Shown here piece after piece: positions 10,856-18,670 of a DNA stretch of 64,000 nt. Origin of the DNA: Desulfobacterales bacterium (GTDB taxonomy: Bacteria; Desulfobacterota; Desulfobacteria; Desulfobacterales; UBA5852); contig CAXXVS010000002.1 of the NCBI GenBank assembly GCA_963674755.2, forward strand, positions 1,408,001-1,472,000, written 5' to 3'. Position 1 is the first letter of the stretch. Every line of letters starts with the position of its first letter. The translations under genes and the position numbers were made by a program. Below the pieces are notes generated by a model. The model was given only the letters and a program-made list of their open reading frames with translations. It searched no databases and had not been told where the DNA came from.

Positions 10856-10913
10856 ACCGGATCGGTAGGGCCTCTCCGGGTCCTCCATCAGAGGTGTGAG
10901 ATTTAGATCAAAG

Positions 10914-13181
10914 CTAAGCCTTAGCGGCGCTATCGTTGGCCTGGGCCTGGGCCACCGTGATGGCAATCAGATCCACCACGCTTTCCACCGGCGCGTTGCG
11001 CTGCAGCACGTTGAAAGGGCGCGCGATACCCATCAGCAGAGGCCCCACCACCTTGGCGCCGCCCAGGCGGTCCATCAGCTTGTAGGCGATGTTGCCCGAG
11101 GCCAGGTCCGGAAAGATGAGCACATTGGCGGCCCGTCCCAGGCGGTTGAAGGCGAACTCATCGTTCAGGATAGCGTCCACCACGGCCGTATCGGCCTGCA
11201 TTTCGCCGTCCACCACCAATTGCGGATTGCGCTCCCGCGCCAGGACCGCGGCGCGGGCCACCCGCAGGGTGTCGCTGTTGCGGACGCTGCCGTAGTTGGA
11301 ATAGGACAGCATGGCCACCCGGGGCTTCATATCGAAGAAGACCGCCATCTCGGCCGCCAGCACCGCAATCTCCGCCAGATCCGCCGCATCGGGCTGCATG
11401 TTGACCGTGGCGTCGGCAAACAGCAGGGTGCGATTTTTCAGAATGACCAGATAGAGCCCGGCCACATGGGTGACCCCTTCGCGTCGCGGGATCACCTGGA
11501 GCACCGGACGAATCGCATTGGGGTAGGACTGAGCCACCCCGTGCACCTGCCCGTCCACCAATCCCTCCCGCACCATCATGGCCCCGAAGACATAGGGATT
11601 CTGCAATTGGGAGCGGGTTTCGGTGAGTTTCCACCCCTTGCGCTGCCGCATCTTGAAGAGCGTCTCGGTAAAGGCCGCCACATGGGGGTTGCAGCGGTGA
11701 TCCATGATGTCCACCCCGTCCAGGGCGATATGCAGGGATTCGGCCTTTGCACGGATCGTTTCGGGGTCTCCCAGCAGCAGCGGATGGGCGATGCCTTCCT
11801 TGACCGCATGGTGGGCGGCCCGGATAATGACGGGATCATCGCCTTCGGGCAGCACGATGCGCTTGGGATTCTGCTGGGCGCGGACGATGACCTTGCGCAT
11901 GATTTCCCGCTCCGGCCCCAGGCTGGCCTCCAGGCGCTGCATATAGGCCGCCCTATCCGGCAGGGCCGTCCTTGCCACACCGCTGGTAACAGCGGCTTCG
12001 GCCACAGCCGGCACCACCTTTAGCAGCACACGGGTATCCAGGGGCTTGGGGATGATGTACTCCGGTCCGAAGCGAATGGGGTTGCCCCCGTAAGCGCGGA
12101 TGACGGCATCGGGCACATCCTCGCGGGCCAGCTCGGCCAGGGCACGGACGGCCGCGATTTTCATAGCCTCGTTGATTTCCGTGGCCCGCACGTCCAACGC
12201 CCCACGAAAGATAAAGGGGAAGCCCAGCACATTGTTCACCTGGTTGGGAAAATCCGACCGGCCGGTGGCCACGACGGCATCCGGCCGGGCGGCCTTGGCT
12301 TCGTGGTAGTCGATTTCCGGATCCGGGTTGGCCAGGGCAAACACGATGGGATTGGACCCCATTCGTTTCAGCAAATCCGGTGTAAAGGCTCCTTTCACCG
12401 ACAGCCCCACCAGCATGTCCGCCCCGTCCACGGCCTCTTCAAGGGTGCGGGCCGCTGTTTCGCAGGCCAGTTCTTCCTTGTAGGGATTCATGCCGGCGGT
12501 GCGCCCCCGGTAGATCACGCCCCGGGAATCCACCATGGCAATATTGCCGGGAGCAACGCCCAAATGGACGTATAACCGCCCGCAGGCGATGCCGGCCGCC
12601 CCGGCCCCGTTGATCACCACCCGCAGGTCTTCCACCTTGCGCTCCGTAATCGCCACCGCGTTGAGCATGGCCGCGGCCGAGATGATGGCCGTACCGTGCT
12701 GGTCGTCGTGAAACACCGGGATGGCCATCCGTTTCTTCAGCTGTTCTTCGATATAGAAGCAGTCCGGCGCTTTGATGTCCTCCAGGTTGATCCCTCCGAA
12801 GGTGGGCTCCAGCAGTTCGACGGTCCGGATGAATTCGTCCGGGTCGGTGGTATTCACCTCGATGTCGAAGACGTCGATATTGGCGAAGCGTTTGAACAGG
12901 ACCGCCTTGCCCTCCATGACCGGCTTGCCCGCCAGGGGACCGATGTTTCCCAGCCCCAGCACGGCTGTTCCGTTGGAGATGACCGCAATCAGGTTGCCCC
13001 GGCTGGTGTATTCGAAAGACGCGTCCGGTGCGGCCTGGATCTCCCGGCAGGGCGCCGCTACGCCGGGGGTATAGGCCAGGCTGAGGTCGGTCTGGCTGAG
13101 AAACGGCTTGGTGGGCACGACCTCGATTTTGCCGGGGTGGGGTTCGCGGTGGTAGCGCAGGGCCTCTTCGTCGTAAGACAT
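10914..13181 (-). CDS. maeB: NADP-dependent malic enzyme with phosphotransacetylase-like C-terminal domain
   Basis: [33 protein letters not shown], and PTA-like DGEMQAD; 755 aa. Confidence 0.95.
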   Translation of the reverse strand: MSYDEEALRYHREPHPGKIEVVPTKPFLSQTDLSLAYTPGVAAPCREIQAAPDASFEYTSRGNLIAVISNGTAVLGLGNIGPLAGKPVMEGKAVLFKRFANIDVFDIEVNTTDPDEFIRTVELLEPTFGGINLEDIKAPDCFYIEEQLKKRMAIPVFHDDQHGTAIISAAAMLNAVAITERKVEDLRVVINGAGAAGIACGRLYVHLGVAPGNIAMVDSRGVIYRGRTAGMNPYKEELACETAARTLEEAVDGADMLVGLSVKGAFTPDLLKRMGSNPIVFALANPDPEIDYHEAKAARPDAVVATGRSDFPNQVNNVLGFPFIFRGALDVRATEINEAMKIAAVRALAELAREDVPDAVIRAYGGNPIRFGPEYIIPKPLDTRVLLKVVPAVAEAAVTSGVARTALPDRAAYMQRLEASLGPEREIMRKVIVRAQQNPKRIVLPEGDDPVIIRAAHHAVKEGIAHPLLLGDPETIRAKAESLHIALDGVDIMDHRCNPHVAAFTETLFKMRQRKGWKLTETRSQLQNPYVFGAMMVREGLVDGQVHGVAQSYPNAIRPVLQVIPRREGVTHVAGLYLVILKNRTLLFADATVNMQPDAADLAEIAVLAAEMAVFFDMKPRVAMLSYSNYGSVRNSDTLRVARAAVLARERNPQLVVDGEMQADTAVVDAILNDEFAFNRLGRAANVLIFPDLASGNIAYKLMDRLGGAKVVGPLLMGIARPFNVLQRNAPVESVVDLIAITVAQAQANDSAAKA

Positions 13182-13384
13182 AACGGTCTCCTCTAAACGG
13201 GATCGGTTGGGGGGTGGATCATTCCTGACCGGCTGGCCGGCTTTTGATCAGGAAAACGGTCACAGCGGCCGACAAGGCGCACCATGCGGTATAGAACATC
13301 AAACGGAGGGGACGTTTTGTCAATGCCCGTAGGGGGCCGGCCAGCCATTGCGGCAAACATAAGGCGGGCCGGGGTGCGCCCGCG

Positions 13385-13825
13385 TCAGGCCAGATAGCCC
13401 TTGGCGCGGTAGCGTTCGGGGTCCGGGAAACGCGCCATTCCGGTTTTGAGCACTTCAAACCCGAACTGCCGATAGAAGTCCTGCTTGCCCGGTGCGGCAT
13501 AGATCAAAACCGGGCCGCTCCGGGGCAGCTTATCCAACAGGGCCTCCATGAGCGCCTTGCCGACGCCCCTGCCCTGGCACTCCGGATGCACCACCACATC
13601 GTAGATGGCGGACTGATAATACCCGTCGGAAATGGCCCTTCCGAATCCGATCAGATGCCCGCCCTCAGAAGCCGTGCATACGGCGTAACTGTTCGTTGCA
13701 GCGCTGCGAAGTTTATCCGGATTGCGGGTGCCCAGCGGCGCAAGCCGGATGATCTCGCACACGGCTTCCCAGTCGACATGGTCGATCCCGAATTGGATGC
13801 GAACATTGGATGCGGGCGCTTTCAT
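13385..13825 (-). CDS. GNAT family N-acetyltransferase
   Basis: VVVHPECQGRGVGKALM motif A; FYRQFGF. Confidence 0.9.
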   Translation of the reverse strand: MKAPASNVRIQFGIDHVDWEAVCEIIRLAPLGTRNPDKLRSAATNSYAVCTASEGGHLIGFGRAISDGYYQSAIYDVVVHPECQGRGVGKALMEALLDKLPRSGPVLIYAAPGKQDFYRQFGFEVLKTGMARFPDPERYRAKGYLA

Positions 13826-13879
13826 CGAATGCTATAGCCCCTGTCAGCCGATTGGCAAAAAAAGCCGTCCTGAAACAGC

Positions 13880-14395
13880 CTATGCCCCGATATCCCACCG
13901 GTAGCGGAGCTTTACGCGGGCATGGACCGGGTAATAGGCCGCGTAATGCGAATCATCCCTCACGTGCGTCGTGTCGAGATACTGCGCCCCGATATAGACC
14001 AGGTTTCTTTCGGATGCGACATTATCCGCATTGCAGGTCAGCCAAATCGTTTCAAGACCCAAGGACCCTATGAACGGCTTCAGAAGAAGACAACTGCGGC
14101 CCGAGAGGTGGCCGCCCCGGAATCCTTCATATACGGTAAAGCCGATATTGCCGCGATACAATTCGATGTTCTCCGTGTACCCGGCCCGCAGGTTGATCTC
14201 GCCCATTTCCACGCCCGATCGCGTATGGACCATCTTGAACTTGTACACCGGGACGGTGGTATCCGGTTCGGATGCCAGGCCCGTTTCCTTCAGGATAAGC
14301 CGAAGCTCTTCTTCGATCAGGTTTTCAGCCTGGGTTCGTCGGAGAATCGATTCCATAATTCGTTTGAGTGCTCTCCAAAAATCTCTCCGACTCAT
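13880..14395 (-). CDS. GNAT (RimJ/RimL-like) acetyltransferase
   Basis: GNIGFTVYEGFRG and TCNADNVAS motifs; start uncertain. Confidence 0.75.
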   Translation of the reverse strand: MSRRDFWRALKRIMESILRRTQAENLIEEELRLILKETGLASEPDTTVPVYKFKMVHTRSGVEMGEINLRAGYTENIELYRGNIGFTVYEGFRGGHLSGRSCLLLKPFIGSLGLETIWLTCNADNVASERNLVYIGAQYLDTTHVRDDSHYAAYYPVHARVKLRYRWDIGA

Positions 14396-14521
14396 GACCG
14401 GTTGTAGATGACAGGCATCTGTCCTTCCAGGCCTTCCACGTTTTGTCGTCGGTGACCAGGTCGGCCATGAAGTGGGCTACATTGGCAGATTTTTCCCGGA
14501 GAAAGACCAAGTGGTGGGGTT

Positions 14522-15907
14522 TCAATTTGCGGTAATGTTCTTCTTGGAACTGATCCCGTAACGTTTCATTCGGTTCCAGATCGTAACCCGGGTCACACCC
14601 AGCCGTTTCGCGGAGGCCGATTGGTTTCCTCCGGTCGCTTCCAAGGCTTCGATGAGCTCTATTTTTTTTATTTCTTCCCGGTTGATGGAAACACGTTTAG
14701 CGGATCTTGAAGTCTTTTTTCCGTCGGTTATATTCGTTGGCAAGTGCTCGGGTTGAATCGTTCCCCCCTGGCAAGTGACGCAGGCGTACTCGAACGCGCT
14801 TTTCAACTCACGCACGTTGCCGGGCCAGGAGTAATTCATCAGGGCCTCCATGGATTCCCGGGAGATGGCGGTGAGATCCTTGCTGACCTTCAGTTGAATC
14901 TTGCGAAAAAAAGCCTCCGCTAACAGCGGGATGTCTTCGGTCCTTTCGCGCAACGGCGGGAGATTGATCGGGATAACGTTAATACGGAAATATAGATCTT
15001 CCCGGAAAATGCCAGCATTAATCAGTTTCATAAGGTCCCGGTTGGTTGCCGAAATGATCCTAACGTCCACCGGAATTGACGCGTTGGCCCCCACCCTCTC
15101 AATAATTTTCTCTTCAAGAACCCGCAACAGCTTCACCTGAGTGGCCAATGGCAGGTCCCCGATCTCATCCAGGAAAATATTCCCCCCGTGTGCTGTTTCA
15201 AATCGTCCGGACCGGTCTTTGACGGCGCCCGTATAGGCGCCCTTGACATGACCGAACAGCTCACTTTCCAGCAACGATTCAGTCAGGGCGGCACAATTGA
15301 CTTTGACATAAGGCCCCCGATATCGTTCACTCAACCGGTGGATTGCCCTGGCCACCAGTTCTTTACCGGTCCCACTTTCACCATAAATAATTACCGGTGC
15401 ATCCGAGCGGGAGGCGTTGGTGATCAGATCGAAGACTTTCTGCATGTGCGCCGACACGCCGATGATGCCCTGAAACTTGTCAGCGGATCGCAGTTCACGC
15501 TGGTATTCGGCGATGCGGTTATCCTTTTCAATCAGGTCCGTAATGTCCGTGACCGTTTCCACCGCCCCAATGACGTTGCCATGATCATCATGAAAAACAG
15601 AAGCGTTTTTAAGGGCGTGGATGGCGCGACCGTCTTTATGGCTGAAAATGCAACGGCGCCGCCGCATATTGCCGTCCTGAAAAAGCGCACACCAGTGGCA
15701 GCCCCGTCTTTCCCGAACTTCCTGGCAGATGTCGCAGTTTAAAACCGAGCAGTCCCTGCCGATCATTTCATCTTTCGAAAACCCGGTAATGCCTTCAAAC
15801 GCCTCGTTAACATAGATAATGATGCCCTGCTCATCCACGACCATGATCCCGTCGCTGATGGTGTTGGCTACCGTGCGCCAATATCGGTCCAGTTCATGTT
15901 CAAACAT
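14522..15907 (-). CDS. Sigma54-dependent enhancer-binding protein (Cys-rich PAS + AAA+ + HTH)
   Basis: GESGTGKE Walker A, GAYTGA loop, FLDEIG Walker B, WPGNVREL, C-terminal HTH. Confidence 0.95.
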   Translation of the reverse strand: MFEHELDRYWRTVANTISDGIMVVDEQGIIIYVNEAFEGITGFSKDEMIGRDCSVLNCDICQEVRERRGCHWCALFQDGNMRRRRCIFSHKDGRAIHALKNASVFHDDHGNVIGAVETVTDITDLIEKDNRIAEYQRELRSADKFQGIIGVSAHMQKVFDLITNASRSDAPVIIYGESGTGKELVARAIHRLSERYRGPYVKVNCAALTESLLESELFGHVKGAYTGAVKDRSGRFETAHGGNIFLDEIGDLPLATQVKLLRVLEEKIIERVGANASIPVDVRIISATNRDLMKLINAGIFREDLYFRINVIPINLPPLRERTEDIPLLAEAFFRKIQLKVSKDLTAISRESMEALMNYSWPGNVRELKSAFEYACVTCQGGTIQPEHLPTNITDGKKTSRSAKRVSINREEIKKIELIEALEATGGNQSASAKRLGVTRVTIWNRMKRYGISSKKNITAN

Positions 15908-15918
15908 TTAGGCACGCC

Positions 15919-15966
15919 TGTTAAATTTTAACACGTGTTAATCGCTAATTTTTTAGCACTTTAACA
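15919..15966. promoter_or_regulatory. Candidate upstream activator sequences (palindromes)
   Basis: TGTTAA-ATT-TTAACA at 15919-15933; a second TGTTAA…TTAACA at 15936-15966 enclosing a GCTAA…TTAGC dyad; about 100-150 bp upstream of the sigma54 promoter. Confidence 0.6.
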
Positions 15967-16064
15967 TGACGGGAGCAATATTTTTTGGAAATTTTTTATT
16001 CAAGTCAGTTCAATAGGTTGAATTCTCATAAAAATCATGTGCGCTCAGATAGATAGACGCTATT

Positions 16065-16080
16065 TGGCACCATAGTTGCT
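16065..16080 (+). promoter_or_regulatory. Sigma54 (-24/-12) promoter
   Basis: TGGCAC-CATAG-TTGCT matches the consensus with GG-N10-GC spacing and lies next to a divergent bEBP gene. Confidence 0.9.
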
Positions 16081-16120
16081 GTTAAGAAGCTCCTGCGAGT
16101 ATCAAAAGGACTTCCTGATT

Positions 16121-16393
16121 TTGGAAAAATTAGCGGATTATACAGTGGATTTTAGAGGGGCCATTAAGTCCCTTACCTTGCTGAAATTGACGCATGTATT
16201 CAGAGGGATGAAAAGTGACGAGGTCGTACGAATCGTGGGGCTGGATCCGGACACACGCAAGGATCTTTTCAAAGTTCTGCCAGCGCTATCCTATGAATTT
16301 ATCATGGAAGAAGAACCTGACGGTGAATTTTGCAGTATCCATCTCAAAAAGAGAGATCGCAAATTGCATAAGTATCTTCACGAAAAGGAGTAG
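16121..16393 (+). CDS. TusA/SirA-like small protein lacking the CP-motif cysteine
   Basis: DYTVDFRG…LLKL…MKSDEVVRIVGLDP resembles the SirA/TusA pattern; TTG start after AAAGGA; 90 aa. Confidence 0.6.
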   Translation: MEKLADYTVDFRGAIKSLTLLKLTHVFRGMKSDEVVRIVGLDPDTRKDLFKVLPALSYEFIMEEEPDGEFCSIHLKKRDRKLHKYLHEKE

Positions 16394-16396
16394 CCC

Positions 16397-17716
16397 ATGC
16401 CCGAAGCGGTAATTGAACTTAATGAAAAAAAGAAGAGTCTGTTTATCGACAAGGTTAAAGAAATTCTTCCGGAAGGCGGGAATCTCAGCCTGTGCCTGAC
16501 CTGCGGTGCCTGTTCGTCAGGTTGCCCTGCGACGGGTCTGGAGGGTATGGACCCGCGCAAATTTCTGCGCATGGCCGCCCTGGGACTGGATGAGGAAATT
16601 TTAAGCAGCCCCTGGATATGGATGTGCACCATGTGCCAGCGGTGCATCTATGTCTGTCCCATGAAAATCGATATTCCGCAACTGGTCTATAACGCCCGTT
16701 CCCAGGTCCCGCGCGAAGAGCGGCCCAAAGGAATCTTGGGCTCCTGCGACATGGCCTTGCGCAATGACAGCGGCAGTGCCATGGGGACCTCTCCCGATGA
16801 TTTTACATTCGTGGTTGAGGATGTCCTTGAGGAGTACCAGGAGGCCCAGCCCGAATTTGCCGAAATGCAGGCACCCATCGACAAAGAGGGTGCCGAATTT
16901 TTTCTCAACCAGAATTCGCGAGAGCCGGTGACCGAGCCGGATGAAATGGTGCCCTTGTGGAAAATCCTGCACCTGGCCGGGGCCGACTGGACCTATGGCA
17001 GCAAGGGTTGGGGCGGTGAAAACTACTGCATGTTCCTGGCCGACGATGAGGCCTGGGAGCACCTGGTGCGGCAGACCGCCGGCCAGGCGGACGCCCTGGG
17101 GTGCAAGACGTTTATCAATACCGAGTGAGGGCACGTCACCTTCTCAGTCCTGGCAGGACTGAAAAAATTCAACGTCGAGCACAAGTTCCAAGTCAAGAAC
17201 ATCTACGAATACTATGCCAAGTGGATCCGGGAGGGCAAACTCAAGCCTAGTTCCGACTGGAACAAGGATCTGAAGATCAAGTTTACCGTCCAGGATCCCT
17301 GCCAGATCGTGCGCAAGGCCTATGGCGATCCCATTGCGGAAGACCTGCGCTTCGTGGTCAAATCCATCGTGGGTGAAGAGAACTTCATCGACATGGTACC
17401 CAATAGGTCGAATAACTATTGTTGCGGCGGCGGGGGCGGTTTTCTCCAGTCCGGTTTCAAGGACCAGCGGCTGGCCTTCGGGAAGATAAAAGACGACCAG
17501 ATCAAGGCCACCGGAGCGGACTACTGCATCGCGGCCTGCCACAACTGCCACGCCCAGATCCACGAACTCAGCGAACACTATGGCAGCCATTACCCGGTGG
17601 TTCACTTGTGGTCCATGCTGGCACTGTCGCTTGGCATCCTGGGGCCCAACGAACGCGAATACTTAGGGGACGATCTCAAGGAAGTCGCCGTGTTTCACCC
17701 CGAGACGGCAATGTAA
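16397..17716 (+). CDS. HdrD/DsrK/GlpC-like Fe-S oxidoreductase (HdrC-like + CCG domains), probable selenoprotein (UGA 17126-17128)
   Basis: Two CxxCxxCxxxCP motifs; NTE-UGA-GH sits at the ECGH motif; the frame stays open through QDPC, CCGGGGG and ACHNC to TAA 17716; 439 aa. Confidence 0.9.
17129..17162 (+). promoter_or_regulatory. Bacterial SECIS-like hairpin
   Basis: TCAGTCCT-GGC-AGGACTGA perfect stem 17144-17162; G-containing apical loop begins 24 nt after the UGA. Confidence 0.8.
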
Positions 17717-17760
17717 CCCGGAAAAATTGCCAAAAAACGGCCAAAAGGAAGGGTGAATTT

Positions 17761-18633
17761 ATGAGCTTTCAAAGACGACTTGCATCGGGCGAATTTGTAG
17801 TTCTGGCGGAAATGAACACACCCAAAGGCGTCAATGTATCGGAGTTGGTGGCCAACGCTCGCAAGATCAAGGGGCGGGTTGACGCGGTCATCATACCCGA
17901 CATGGATAACGGCGTGATGCGAATGAGCGCCCTCGCCGGCGGGGCCCTTATCCATCAGCAGGGCATGGAGGCGATTATCCATCTCTATTGCCGGGACCGC
18001 AACCGGATGGCCCTGCAGGGCGATGTTCTCGCAGCCCACCTTCTCGGTATCCGCAACCTGGTCGTCGTGCCCAGTGAAGAAATGGCCAATGGCGACCATC
18101 GCGATGCGACCGCGGTAAATGACTTGGATGAACTGGAACTTATTGGTGCGATCCAGTCGCTCCAAAACGGGCTGGATATGGCGGGCTTTTCTCTGAACGG
18201 CAGCCCGGAGTTCATCACGGGCTGTACCCTGGGCGCTTTTGCGGACGAACAGGGCCTGGATGCCGCCGTGGCCGATCTTGAAAAAAAGGTGGCGGCCGGT
18301 GCCGGCTTCGTGGTCACCCCGCCCGTCTTCGACGTGGAGTGTTTTGCTGCCAGCATGGAGAAAATTGCCGCCTTGAATGTTCCGGTAATCGCCTCAGTTT
18401 TTTTGCTCAAGTCGGTGGGCATTGCCCGTTATATGTCCCTCAATGAGCCGGGTGCGCATATTTCCGAAGAGCTGATCAAAAGAATACGCAAGGCCCCGGA
18501 CAGGGAAATGGAATGCCTGCGCATCGCCGGTGAAACCATCGCCCAGCTCAAAAAACGCGTTCAGGGGGTCAAGATCGAAACCCAGGGCTGGGAGCATAAA
18601 CTACCCACTATTCTGGAATTTGCTGGGCTCTAA
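17761..18633 (+). CDS. Divergent methylenetetrahydrofolate reductase (MetF) paralog
   Basis: AEMNTPKG and CRDRNRMALQGD motifs, but the GD and TQ motifs are replaced by SE and TP. Confidence 0.85.
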   Translation: MSFQRRLASGEFVVLAEMNTPKGVNVSELVANARKIKGRVDAVIIPDMDNGVMRMSALAGGALIHQQGMEAIIHLYCRDRNRMALQGDVLAAHLLGIRNLVVVPSEEMANGDHRDATAVNDLDELELIGAIQSLQNGLDMAGFSLNGSPEFITGCTLGAFADEQGLDAAVADLEKKVAAGAGFVVTPPVFDVECFAASMEKIAALNVPVIASVFLLKSVGIARYMSLNEPGAHISEELIKRIRKAPDREMECLRIAGETIAQLKKRVQGVKIETQGWEHKLPTILEFAGL

Positions 18634-18670
18634 TACATCATTATTCACGTAAACAGCTTAGGATATTAAT

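Noticed and set aside
14325..14525. 66-aa ORF downstream of the sigma54 activator as a gene or remnant
   Set aside because: It overlaps both neighbours and has no clear RBS or recognisable motif; needs a homology search.
16076..16120. ORF-track start of the TusA-like gene at 16076
   Set aside because: It overlaps the -12 element of the sigma54 promoter; TTG 16121 has an RBS.
16397..17128. Treating the CCG gene as a nonsense pseudogene or as two genes
   Set aside because: The UGA falls exactly at a conserved Cys position, has a SECIS-like hairpin, and the downstream frame is intact.
17537..17551. CxxCH heme c motif (CHNCH) in the CCG protein, and CGDCH in HdrA
   Set aside because: Both proteins lack signal peptides, and the cysteines belong to Fe-S motifs (terminal CxxC of the CCG domain; ferredoxin motif).
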